Source of the DNA: Planctomycetota bacterium
GTDB lineage: Bacteria > Planctomycetota > MHYJ01 > JACQXL01
DNA length: 64,000 bases
Direction of reading: 5' to 3'
Assembly: GCA_016235865.1 (NCBI GenBank)
Contig: JACRIK010000021.1
Location: 97,226 to 161,225, forward strand
Under the pieces are notes generated by a model. That model had not been told where the DNA came from, searched no databases, and saw only the letters and a list, made by a program, of their open reading frames with translations. Positions 10,827 through 20,163 of this stretch are shown here, piece after piece; within the stretch, counting starts at the first letter, position 1, and the number at the start of each line of letters is the position of its first letter. Made by a program: the position numbers and the translations under genes.

Positions 10827-11642
10827 ATGACAAATATTCATCCGACGGCCATTATTGACAAGAGCGCGGAGATTGACCAGAGCGTTACCATCGGTCCATA
10901 TACGACTATCGGGCCTGATGTCAGAATCGGCGCGGGTAATATTATCGGCCCTTATTGCCATTTTGAATCGCATACCACTATCGGCCGGAATAATAAGTTC
11001 CTGGCCTATTGCAGTGTTGGCACCCCGCCCCAGGATGTCGGCTACAAGAATGAGCCGACCCGCCTGATTATCGGCGATAATAATACCTTCAAGGAATTTG
11101 TCACGCTCAACCGCGGTACTATGAAGGACAGGCAGGAGACGGTTATCGGCAACAATAATTATCTGATGGCATATGCCCATGTCGGACACGACAGCGTTTT
11201 AAGCAATAATATCATTATGGCCAACGCCGTTCAGGTGGGCGGACACGTTCACATAGAGGATTACGCGGCTTTAGGCGGGATGGTCGGGGTTCACCATCTG
11301 GTTACTGTTGGAGCCCATGCTTTTATCGGAGGAATTGCCCGGGTGATTCAGGATGTGCCTCCCTATATGATTGCCGAAGGCCATCCGGCCAAGGTGCGCG
11401 CCCTTAATGCCATCGGCCTGGAAAGAAGAGGGTTCCCGCCGGAGATTATCAGCGCTTTAGAAGCGGCGTACAAACTTATCTGGCGCGGTAAGATAACAAC
11501 CGCCGAGGCATTTCAGAAACTGCTTTCGCCTGAAAAGAATCCCTGCAAAGAGGTTCAGTATCTGATAAAATCACTGCAAAACACCCGGGACGGCAAACAC
11601 GGGCGCTATCGCGAATCGCTCCGCAAGGTGCCGGCCAGGTAG
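10827..11642 (+). CDS. lpxA: Acyl-ACP--UDP-N-acetylglucosamine O-acyltransferase
   Basis: IHPTAII start, hexapeptide repeats, PQD, LMAYAHVGHD, QDVPPY, NAIGLERRGF. Confidence 0.96.
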   Translation: MTNIHPTAIIDKSAEIDQSVTIGPYTTIGPDVRIGAGNIIGPYCHFESHTTIGRNNKFLAYCSVGTPPQDVGYKNEPTRLIIGDNNTFKEFVTLNRGTMKDRQETVIGNNNYLMAYAHVGHDSVLSNNIIMANAVQVGGHVHIEDYAALGGMVGVHHLVTVGAHAFIGGIARVIQDVPPYMIAEGHPAKVRALNAIGLERRGFPPEIISALEAAYKLIWRGKITTAEAFQKLLSPEKNPCKEVQYLIKSLQNTRDGKHGRYRESLRKVPAR

Positions 11643-11708
11643 TCAATAGTGAATTGTGGAATGCGAATTGTGAATTGACTAATCCGCAATCCGCAATTCG
11701 TATCCATT

Positions 11709-13805
11709 ATGTTCCAAAAAAGGATTACGGTCATTGTCGGATTTATCGCGATAACCTTTTTTATCATTGTCATTAGGTTATTCGCCTTGCAGGTTATCAA
11801 TAATTCTTATTATCGAACCCAGGCGCGTAAATATGCGACTCGGATTGAACTCATCGCCGACCCGCGCGGCAAGATTCTTGACCGTAACGGTAATACCCTG
11901 GTTAGCAACAAACTTGCCTTTGATCTTTTTATCACACCGGCAATATACCTAAAACCGAAGACGCCGGCCGGCAAGACCGCAGTCAGTCCCGCTAATAGCG
12001 ACAAAACCGCCGGCAAGAATGATTTGCCGTCTAAATCTGATGTTTCTAAGGCGGCTGATTACAATACGGATGACGATTTGGTTCAGTGGGAAGTGATCAG
12101 GAAGCTGACCGGGCTGCTAAATATTAAATCAGACTTGTTTATTTCAAAGATAAAAGCCATTCAGGAGAAAATCATTGCTCAGGCCCAGACCAGACCGGAG
12201 CGGGAACAAAAACGTTATATCAAGCAACAATACCGCAATAAATACCGGATTTTCTCGGGCCTGACGCTCAATCAAGCCATGCAGATAGAGTCGCACCCGG
12301 AGATTTTCAGGGGCTTCAGCGTTTCGGAAACCATCTCGCGTAATTATATCTATAACGATCTGGCCTGTCATGTTATCGGATATACCGGTCCGATCTGGAA
12401 AGAGGAATATGACCAGTTTGTGGAGAACGGCTATTTTGACGATATGCTCAACCAGGAGATAGACGAGAATACCTACCAGGCGTTGATTGATATGGGCGAA
12501 TTTAAGAATGTGTTCATCGGCCGGAGCGGTATCGAACGGATGCATAACCGCTTGCTGACCGGGCGATACGGTGTTCGGATGAGTGAATTCGATTTTGCCA
12601 CCAGGCAGAAGGACGAGTTGAGCCGGACCGAGTCCGTTCCGCCGACGGATATTATGCTGACCATTGACCTGAATCTGCAGAAGAAACTGGAAGCGGCGCT
12701 TAAAAATAAGTCAGCCGGCGCCGGAATCGTAATGGATATACATACCGGTGAGATCCTGGCCATGGCCAGCGCGCCGTCGTTTAATCTCAACCTGCTTCAG
12801 CCGCCGGTGGATAGTCAGGTAACCGAGTTTATCTCCAAGTCGCCCCTGAAACCATTGTATAACCGGGCCATTTCCGGCGAATACCCGCCCGGGTCGGTCT
12901 TTAAGATTATCACCGCCCTGGCCGCCTTGGAAGAAGGCAAGATTACGCCTTATACGCCCTTTTACTGCAACGGCCATTTTTCGCCTAAATACAAGAAATT
13001 CAAATGTTGGATTGCCGAGCATAACCGGGAGCATGGTTCTCTTTCTTTAGAAGAGGGTTTCAAGCATTCCTGCAATATTTTCTTCTTTAATGCGGGTAAT
13101 TTAGCCGGCGGTGAGGCGATTACCAGATGGGCGCGGAATATGGGGTTCGGTGAGCGCGCCGGCATAGATGTCTCGGGCGAGAAAAAAGGCCGGGTGCCTA
13201 AGTCGCCGGCTGATAAAGACCTGAAAACAGGTAGACCTAATTGGGCGCTGGCTGATACCCTCAATATGTCCATCGGCCAGGGTGACTTGATGGTTACGCC
13301 GCTCCAGATAGTCCGGATGGTGGCGGCCATTGCCAACGGCGGCACGCTGGTCAAGCCGCGGATTATCAAGACCGATATACCGAAAGAGCCGTTAGAATCA
13401 TTACATGAAAACGATTCAAAACTTTCTGTTTCATTCAAGCCCGGAGACAGCAAGCCGGCTGTGGTTCAAAAGAATGAGCCGCCTCAAAAGATAAATATCT
13501 CCGAAAGCACGCTGACGCATATCCGTAACGGGATGTATAAAGTGGTGCATTCCGAGGGCGGGACCGCCCACGGTAGCGGGGTGCGGAATTTCCCAGCCGC
13601 CGGCAAGACCGGCACGGCCGAGGTCTGGGGCAAGAAATCGCACGCCTGGTTTGCCGGATTCGCGCCTTTTGACAAACCGCAATTCGCCTTTGTGGTCGTG
13701 GTGGAATACGGCGGCAAGGGTTCTGAGGTCTCGGCGCCCATCGTGGCCTCATTCCTGCCCGAAGCCCTGGCCATATATCAGCCGGCCCAACCGCAGGGAA
13801 AATAA
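11709..13805 (+). CDS. mrdA: Penicillin-binding protein 2 (class B transpeptidase)
   Basis: N-terminal TM, RGKILDRNG, GRSGIE, active-site PGSVFK (SxxK), SCN (SxN), AGKTGTAE (KTG). Confidence 0.92.
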   Translation: MFQKRITVIVGFIAITFFIIVIRLFALQVINNSYYRTQARKYATRIELIADPRGKILDRNGNTLVSNKLAFDLFITPAIYLKPKTPAGKTAVSPANSDKTAGKNDLPSKSDVSKAADYNTDDDLVQWEVIRKLTGLLNIKSDLFISKIKAIQEKIIAQAQTRPEREQKRYIKQQYRNKYRIFSGLTLNQAMQIESHPEIFRGFSVSETISRNYIYNDLACHVIGYTGPIWKEEYDQFVENGYFDDMLNQEIDENTYQALIDMGEFKNVFIGRSGIERMHNRLLTGRYGVRMSEFDFATRQKDELSRTESVPPTDIMLTIDLNLQKKLEAALKNKSAGAGIVMDIHTGEILAMASAPSFNLNLLQPPVDSQVTEFISKSPLKPLYNRAISGEYPPGSVFKIITALAALEEGKITPYTPFYCNGHFSPKYKKFKCWIAEHNREHGSLSLEEGFKHSCNIFFFNAGNLAGGEAITRWARNMGFGERAGIDVSGEKKGRVPKSPADKDLKTGRPNWALADTLNMSIGQGDLMVTPLQIVRMVAAIANGGTLVKPRIIKTDIPKEPLESLHENDSKLSVSFKPGDSKPAVVQKNEPPQKINISESTLTHIRNGMYKVVHSEGGTAHGSGVRNFPAAGKTGTAEVWGKKSHAWFAGFAPFDKPQFAFVVVVEYGGKGSEVSAPIVASFLPEALAIYQPAQPQGK

Positions 13806-13824
13806 GATATAATCCATAAATTCC

Positions 13825-13913
13825 TTGACCCCGCACATAAATAGTGTTAGAAAACCACACTACAAATAATAACTAAATTAGTACTGTATGTACTGCTTAT
13901 GTGCGGGGTTGAC
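13825..13913. repeat. Inverted-repeat element ACCCCGCACATAA...TTATGTGCGGGGT, flanked by TTGA(C) direct repeats
   Basis: Perfect 13-bp IR around a 56-bp AT-rich interior; same arms at 58888-58943 and 61604-61708. Confidence 0.85.
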
Positions 13914-13976
13914 TAATTACCTTTTACATAAAATGAGCTTGTAATCTCTAACGGGATGAATGAGAAGATTTAACCT

Positions 13977-14549
13977 ATGTCTACTATTAATGCGACCGAG
14001 ATAAAGAAGGGGATGATCATTAAGTTCAATAATGACCTTTACGAGGTGGCGGACTATGACCACGTCACGCCCGGCAACTGGCGGGCCATGATGCAGGTCA
14101 AGATGCGCAGTGTCAAGACCGGCTCCACCCTTGAATACCGTTTCCGTTCGGTGGACAAAGTAGAACAGTTATCCGTGGAAGTAAAGCCGGCAGATTATCT
14201 TTACCAAAAAGGGAATTTCTTCGTATTTATGAGCACTGAGAACTACGAAGAGATTTCCATTGCCCTGGATGTCATTAAGGAAAAAGCCAAGTATATGAAA
14301 GAGAACCAGTCCGTGATGCTGGTTTATTGCGACGGCGGGCTGATTGATGTCCAGTTGCCGGTAACGGTTGACCTGAAAATCACCGAGACTACGCCGCCTT
14401 TGAAGACCGCCACGATTACCAATGTTTCCAAACCCGCCACCCTGGAAACAGGACTGGTGGCTCAGGTACCGGCATTTATCGAGCAGGGGGAAACCATCCG
14501 CATTGATACGCGCGACGGGCGCTACGTGGAACGCGTTAAAGTGGAATAA
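13977..14549 (+). CDS. efp: Translation elongation factor P
   Basis: HVTPGNWRA loop, YLYQKG, KPATLETG, VPAFIEQGE, IDTRDGRYVER. Confidence 0.96.
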   Translation: MSTINATEIKKGMIIKFNNDLYEVADYDHVTPGNWRAMMQVKMRSVKTGSTLEYRFRSVDKVEQLSVEVKPADYLYQKGNFFVFMSTENYEEISIALDVIKEKAKYMKENQSVMLVYCDGGLIDVQLPVTVDLKITETTPPLKTATITNVSKPATLETGLVAQVPAFIEQGETIRIDTRDGRYVERVKVE

Positions 14550-14567
14550 GGTCTCTGCACTTTCTGT

Positions 14568-15263
14568 ATGAAACCATTAACTGTCTTCAAATTGGGCCCT
14601 ACTGCCTATGATGAGGCGCTTTCTTTCCAGTTCGAACTGGTGGAAAGGGTTCGGGAGTCAAAAGGCAAGAATTCATTCCTGATGCTTCTGGAACACCAGC
14701 CGGTTATCACCAAGGGCAAGAATGCCAACGGCAATAATATCCTGGCCTCTCCTGAGGCGCTTAAGAGAAAAGGCATCTCGGTAAAACAGATTGACCGGGG
14801 CGGCGATGTGACATATCACGGCCCGGGACAGCTGGTCGGCTATCCGATAATACAATTAGCATACCACAAGAAAACGCTCCGGGAATATGTCCGCCTGCTC
14901 GAGCAGACCCTGATTAAAACCCTGGCTGGTTTCGGCATAGATGCCCAGACCAATGATAACAGCTCGGCCGGCGTCTGGGTCGGTGATTCCAAAATCGGAT
15001 TCATCGGCATGCGGGTTTCCAAAGGCGTCACTTATCATGGGTTTTCGTTTAATGTCAATAACACTCTCGATGCCTTTGAACTGATTAATCCCTGCGGTAT
15101 GAAAAACCCCCAGATTACCTCGTTGGCCAAACTGCTTAATAAACCGGTGTCAATCAGTGAGGTGACTGCCAAATATCTTGAGGCGTTCCGGGAATTATTT
15201 AATGTCGGGATAACCGAGGTCAAGACCCATCTATCGTATATACCCAAAGAAATACCGTCATAA
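14568..15263 (+). CDS. lipB: Lipoyl(octanoyl) transferase
   Basis: LLEHQPVIT, DRGGDVTYHGPGQLVGYP, HGFSFNV, INPCG. Confidence 0.95.
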   Translation: MKPLTVFKLGPTAYDEALSFQFELVERVRESKGKNSFLMLLEHQPVITKGKNANGNNILASPEALKRKGISVKQIDRGGDVTYHGPGQLVGYPIIQLAYHKKTLREYVRLLEQTLIKTLAGFGIDAQTNDNSSAGVWVGDSKIGFIGMRVSKGVTYHGFSFNVNNTLDAFELINPCGMKNPQITSLAKLLNKPVSISEVTAKYLEAFRELFNVGITEVKTHLSYIPKEIPS

Positions 15264-15267
15264 AATT

Positions 15268-16119
15268 ATGTTGCCGTCCTGGTTAAAACAGAATAAACCA
15301 TCGCTGGGCAAATCCATGGCAATTAATAATATCATCAAGAGTCATGGTCTTCATACGGTCTGCCAGAGCGCCAAATGCCCCAATATCTTCGAATGCTTTG
15401 CCAAAGGCACGGCTACCTTTATGATTCTGGGCGATGCCTGCACCAGGCACTGCCGGTTCTGCTCGGTCAAGAAACAAGCGCCTCTGCCGTTGGCTTCCAA
15501 TGAAGCGAAGGAAGTGGCGGATGCCTGTTGCAAGATGAAACTAAAACATGTCGTGATTACTTCGGTTACCCGCGATGATTTGCCGGACGGCGGGGCAGGC
15601 GTATTCTATGATACGATTATGGAAGTGCGTAAGACGTCTCCTGGAGTGGCTATTGAGGTCCTGACTCCGGATTTCCAGGGTAATCAAACAAGCATCCGCC
15701 AGGTTGTCTCAGCCCAACCCGATATATTTAATCACAATATCGAAACCGTGCCCCGGCTTTACTCCGAGATTAGACCCGAAGCGGATTATCAGCGCTCATT
15801 AAAACTGCTGGCCTATGTTAAGGAGTTAAACCCGGCCATGCGGACCAAGTCAGGCCTGATGTTGGGATTAGGAGAAAGAGAAGACGAGGTGCTGTCGGTG
15901 CTCAAAGACCTGAGGGTCGTGGATTGCGATATGGTTACCATCGGTCAATACCTGCGCCCGTCATTAAGCGCCGGAACCGTGGAGGTGGCCAGATTCGTCC
16001 CGCCCGAGGAATTCGAGGCATACCGCGCCAAGGCATCAGAGATGGGTTTTAAGGCCGTGGCCTCGGGTCCTTTTGTTCGCTCGTCATACATGGCTGCGGA
16101 GTTGTACGGAGTTCGCTAG
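15268..16119 (+). CDS. lipA: Lipoyl synthase
   Basis: TVCQSAKCPNIFEC, CTRHCRFC radical SAM motif, HNIETV, VRSSY. Confidence 0.96.
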   Translation: MLPSWLKQNKPSLGKSMAINNIIKSHGLHTVCQSAKCPNIFECFAKGTATFMILGDACTRHCRFCSVKKQAPLPLASNEAKEVADACCKMKLKHVVITSVTRDDLPDGGAGVFYDTIMEVRKTSPGVAIEVLTPDFQGNQTSIRQVVSAQPDIFNHNIETVPRLYSEIRPEADYQRSLKLLAYVKELNPAMRTKSGLMLGLGEREDEVLSVLKDLRVVDCDMVTIGQYLRPSLSAGTVEVARFVPPEEFEAYRAKASEMGFKAVASGPFVRSSYMAAELYGVR

Positions 16120-16417
16120 CGCGGTCACTGCGGTGTTCCGATAATTTCGGGGAAGAATTAGGATTAACCCCTCGACTTCGCTCGGGATAAGACATTGTAA
16201 CGTTCTCCCGCCCCAAAGGGACGGCATAACTAACAATCTCTAAAGTTTAGCCGCTAAACAACCGAGAGTCATATAATGGGTTTTTTCTTTTATCTTATCG
16301 GATTTCTTGCCATTGGAGTGTTTTTTGTTATGCTTTGGAAAACCAGGTCCCGGAAAGAGGCCATGAGGCAAGAAGACGAGTGGATGCAGAGTTTGCCTCC
16401 TGAAGAGTGGGGTAGTA

Positions 16418-18988
16418 GTGAACATGAAGAAGAAGACGAAGAAAAAGATAGCTAAGGCTTCTGGTGCAGGCGCTAAGGCCAAACCGGCCACCAAGATTAA
16501 GTTCAAGTCGCCAGTTGATGCCTCTGGCGCCCCTGAAGCAAAATCAGAACCGGTAGCTAAGGTCAAAAAAGCCAAGGTGGTGTTGCCGGCAACGAAAGGT
16601 AAGTCACTGGTGATTGTCGAATCGCCGGCCAAAATCAAAACCATCAGCAAGATTCTGGGCAGCGATTATGTCATCACCTCGTCTTACGGCCATATCCGTG
16701 ACCTGCCCAAGAGCAAGCTCGGCATAGATATCGAGGACAATTTCAAGCCCGGCTATATCATCATGCGCAAGCAGATAAAGAATGTCAACGCGCTGAAAAA
16801 GATGGCGGCCGCGTCCAATGGCGTGTATCTGGCCACTGATCCGGACCGGGAAGGCGAGGCCATTGCCTGGCACCTGTCCGAGATTCTGGGCATGCCGCCA
16901 GATAAGTTCTGGCGGGTGAGTTTTGACGAGATTACCGCGCCGGCCGTTAAGGAGGCGTTCAGCCATCCCCGTAAGATTTCCATAACCCTGGTCAATGCCC
17001 AGCAGACCCGGCGTTTCCTGGACCGGATTATGGGCTATAAATTATCACCGCTCCTCTGGGACAAGATAACCCGGGGCCTGTCAGCCGGCCGGGTCCAGTC
17101 CGTGGCGCTTCGGCTGGTGGTGGAACGGGAAAGGGCCATCCGGTCATTCAAGCCCCAGGAGCACTGGAAAATAACGGCTGACCTGTCCCACGCGATGCCG
17201 CATGGCTGTCGCGCCCATCAGGGCAAGGACATATTTAACGCGACACTTTACAAACTTAACGACTCCAATGTCGGCAGTCCGATGGACGGCAGCGCCAATA
17301 TCTGGATTGGCTCGGAAACCGAATCCAAGAAACTGGTCGAGCGCCTCGGGAAAAGCGATTTCAAGGTGCTGGGTATAACCGAACGCGAAAGCAACCAGTA
17401 TCCGGCGCCGCCGTTTATCACCAGCACGCTCCAGCAGACCGCGTCCATCAAGCTCAATTTCAGCCCGCGCAAGACCATGATGATTGCCCAGCAATTATAT
17501 GAAGGCGTGGAACTGCCGGAAGGCCCGGCCGGCCTGATTACCTATATGCGCACCGACTCGGTCCGGGTCAGCGAGGTGGCTATCAAGGAATGCCGGAGTT
17601 TTATCGCTAAGCACTTCGGAGAGGGGTTGCTTAATCCGGAAGCCCGGCATTACAAGCCCAGCAAACAGTCCCAGCAGGCGCACGAGGCCATCCGGCCGAC
17701 CTATCCGGCCAAGATGCCGGATGATATCGCCCAATACCTGACCAGAGACCAGTATAAACTCTACACCCTTATCTGGAAACGGTTCACGGCCACCCAGATG
17801 AAACCGGCGGCCTGGAAGAGCAAATCAGTGGAGATTGAATCGCAGTTGGCGCCAGCACTGGAACTGGAGGTCTTCTCCAATGACAAGCGGCACAAGCTCA
17901 TCGCCGAAAAGATACTCGCCTCAGTTGGGTCCGGCCAGAACGGGGCAGTGCTGGAAAAAATCATAACCATATTAAGCCGGAACAAGCAGGACGATGAGAC
18001 GGCCCGGAAAATCATTGAAGCCCTGGGGCAGAATGTGGAAGACAAGGCATTAACCGCCCGGATAATCGGCATCATGGATGAAACCGTGGACGGTGCTCTG
18101 ATACTTGAGAAGATGAACGTAGCCAGATGCCTTTGGAGCGCCAATGAACGCCGGCTGGTGGCTCCGGGATTTATGACCCTCTATAATCCCGAGGAGCAGT
18201 TATTGCCCGGCTTAAAAGAATCCGGCAAGCTGGACGTAGCGCAAATCATCCCGGCCCAGTCGTTTACCGAACCGCCGCCTTATTACAACGAGGCATCGCT
18301 GGTCAAGGTCCTGGAAAAATACGGCATCGGCCGCCCGTCCACCTACGCGCCGATTATTGCCACCATCCAGGACCGGGGCTATGTCATCAAGCGGGCCCGG
18401 CAGTTGACGCCGACTGATTTAGGCCTGCTGGTCAACGACAAACTCGTGCCGTTCTTTGAGGATATCATCAATACCCAGTTCACGGCCCGGATAGAAGAGG
18501 AACTGGATTTGATTGAGGAAGGCCAGAAGGAATTGGTCCCGACATTAAAGGAATTCTACGCGCCGTTTGCCAAGGACTTGGAAAAGGCCCAGGCCGAGAT
18601 GACCAGCGAAAAGGGCAAGGAGAGCGGCGGGAAATGCCCACTGTGCAATAGTCCGATTGTCGAACGCTGGTCCCGGTTCGGCAAATTCCTATCCTGTTCG
18701 GCATTCCCGGAATGCCGGCATACCGCATCGCTCAAGCCAAAGGCTGAGCCGGAAAAGACCGACCAGGTCTGCGAAAAATGCGGCAAGCCCATGGTCATCC
18801 GGTTCAACCGCCGGCGCAGAACCCGGTTCATCGCCTGCTCCGGATATCCGGACTGCAAAAACGCCAAGCCGTTCAAGAAACCCGGTGAAGAGGCAGAAGC
18901 GGCCCCGGAGCCGGCCCGGAAACAAAGCCCGTCGGTTGAAGAGACCGAAGCCAACGGCACTTCAGCAGAAGAGACAGCCGCTAACTAA
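16418..18988 (+). CDS. topA: DNA topoisomerase I with C-terminal Zn ribbons (start may be ATG 16424)
   Basis: LVIVESPAK, ATDPDREGE, SAGRVQS, ITYMRTDS (catalytic Tyr), AHEAIRPT, GIGRPSTYA, two C4 Zn ribbons. Confidence 0.96.
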   Translation: MNMKKKTKKKIAKASGAGAKAKPATKIKFKSPVDASGAPEAKSEPVAKVKKAKVVLPATKGKSLVIVESPAKIKTISKILGSDYVITSSYGHIRDLPKSKLGIDIEDNFKPGYIIMRKQIKNVNALKKMAAASNGVYLATDPDREGEAIAWHLSEILGMPPDKFWRVSFDEITAPAVKEAFSHPRKISITLVNAQQTRRFLDRIMGYKLSPLLWDKITRGLSAGRVQSVALRLVVERERAIRSFKPQEHWKITADLSHAMPHGCRAHQGKDIFNATLYKLNDSNVGSPMDGSANIWIGSETESKKLVERLGKSDFKVLGITERESNQYPAPPFITSTLQQTASIKLNFSPRKTMMIAQQLYEGVELPEGPAGLITYMRTDSVRVSEVAIKECRSFIAKHFGEGLLNPEARHYKPSKQSQQAHEAIRPTYPAKMPDDIAQYLTRDQYKLYTLIWKRFTATQMKPAAWKSKSVEIESQLAPALELEVFSNDKRHKLIAEKILASVGSGQNGAVLEKIITILSRNKQDDETARKIIEALGQNVEDKALTARIIGIMDETVDGALILEKMNVARCLWSANERRLVAPGFMTLYNPEEQLLPGLKESGKLDVAQIIPAQSFTEPPPYYNEASLVKVLEKYGIGRPSTYAPIIATIQDRGYVIKRARQLTPTDLGLLVNDKLVPFFEDIINTQFTARIEEELDLIEEGQKELVPTLKEFYAPFAKDLEKAQAEMTSEKGKESGGKCPLCNSPIVERWSRFGKFLSCSAFPECRHTASLKPKAEPEKTDQVCEKCGKPMVIRFNRRRRTRFIACSGYPDCKNAKPFKKPGEEAEAAPEPARKQSPSVEETEANGTSAEETAAN

Positions 18989-19103
18989 CGACCTTACCCC
19001 TAAAGACATTCCGATTGACAATTCTTGCCCGGCAAAGGCCAAAATGGTAGGATGGAATAAATGGGTCTTCCGGGAATTCCACTGGTTTCGGAAGGAGTAA
19101 ATT

Positions 19104-19943
19104 ATGAATAATGAACTTGTGCCGGTTACAAAAATAGCCGTTTTTCGCGGCCGGAAAATACGCAAAACCATCCACAAAAACGAATGGTGGTTTTCTATAG
19201 AAGATGTAGTTCGGGTCCTTACAGATTCATTACAACCAGCCGGATATATTAAGGATATGCGGCGCCGGGACCCGGAGATAGCCAAAGGGTGGGGGCAAAT
19301 TGCCACCCCCCTTTTGATTCAAACAGCCGGCGGTCCGCAAAAGGTGAATTGCGCTAATACCGAAGGCATGTTCCGTATTATCCAGTCCATTCCCTCGCCC
19401 AAAGCCGAGCCGTTCAAACGCTGGCTGGCTAAGGTGGGCTACGAGCGGGTCCGGGAGATAGAAGACCCGGAACTCGGCACCAAACGCACCCGGGCATTGT
19501 ATAAAGCCAAGGGCTACAGCGATGACTGGATAGAAAAACGGATGCGCGGCATTGCCATCCGCGAGGAACTGACCGACGAATGGAAAAAGCACGGAGTTGA
19601 AAGGGACAAGGAATACGAGATTCTGACCGCGGAAATCTCCCAAGCGACATTCGGGCTTACCCCGAGCCAGTATAAGAAACTCAAAAACCTGAAGCGTCAA
19701 AACCTGCGCGACCATATGACCGACCTGGAACTGATTTTCTCTATGTTAGGCGAGGCGTCAACCACCCAGATTACCAAGGTGGAACATCCGGACGGATTTG
19801 TGGAAAACAAGAAAGTGGCCCGGCGGGGCGGCAATGTGTCCGGAATAGCCCGCAAGAAACTGGAGCAGGAAACCGGCGGCCGGGTGGTCAGTCCGCAAAA
19901 CTATCTGGCAAATCAGCAGAATAAACGGCTAAAAGATAAGTAA
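19104..19943 (+). CDS. Bro-N domain protein (phage antirepressor-like)
   Basis: EWWFSIEDVV, RIIQSIPSPKAEPFKRWLA, LRDHMTDLELIF; RBS AAGGAG upstream. Confidence 0.88.
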   Translation: MNNELVPVTKIAVFRGRKIRKTIHKNEWWFSIEDVVRVLTDSLQPAGYIKDMRRRDPEIAKGWGQIATPLLIQTAGGPQKVNCANTEGMFRIIQSIPSPKAEPFKRWLAKVGYERVREIEDPELGTKRTRALYKAKGYSDDWIEKRMRGIAIREELTDEWKKHGVERDKEYEILTAEISQATFGLTPSQYKKLKNLKRQNLRDHMTDLELIFSMLGEASTTQITKVEHPDGFVENKKVARRGGNVSGIARKKLEQETGGRVVSPQNYLANQQNKRLKDK

Positions 19944-19948
19944 TGGCA

Positions 19949-20047
19949 AAACCCGGTGAAGAGGCAGAAGCGGCCCCGGAGCCGGCCCGGAAACAAAGCC
20001 CGTCAGTGGAAGAGACCGAAAGCAGCGACGAAGCTACTAACTAACGA
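19949..20047 (+). repeat. Second, partly diverged copy of the topA 3' end (first copy 18878-18991)
   Basis: 56 bp identical (AAACCCGGTGAAGAGGCAG...AAGCCCGTC), then GAAGAGACCGAA and CTAACTAACGA shared. Confidence 0.92.
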
Positions 20048-20163
20048 ATCAATTCCCACAACCAGTTAATTGCTGGACATTCCGGGCGGGATTTTCTAAG
20101 TTTAAGGCATAAAATCAACCTCTATCAATAAAGAATTAGTGTATCCCCGGAATTAGAATTCGT

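Noticed and set aside
17845-18120. Intein in TopA
   Set aside because: No Cys/Ser start with a His-Asn end and no homing-endonuclease motifs
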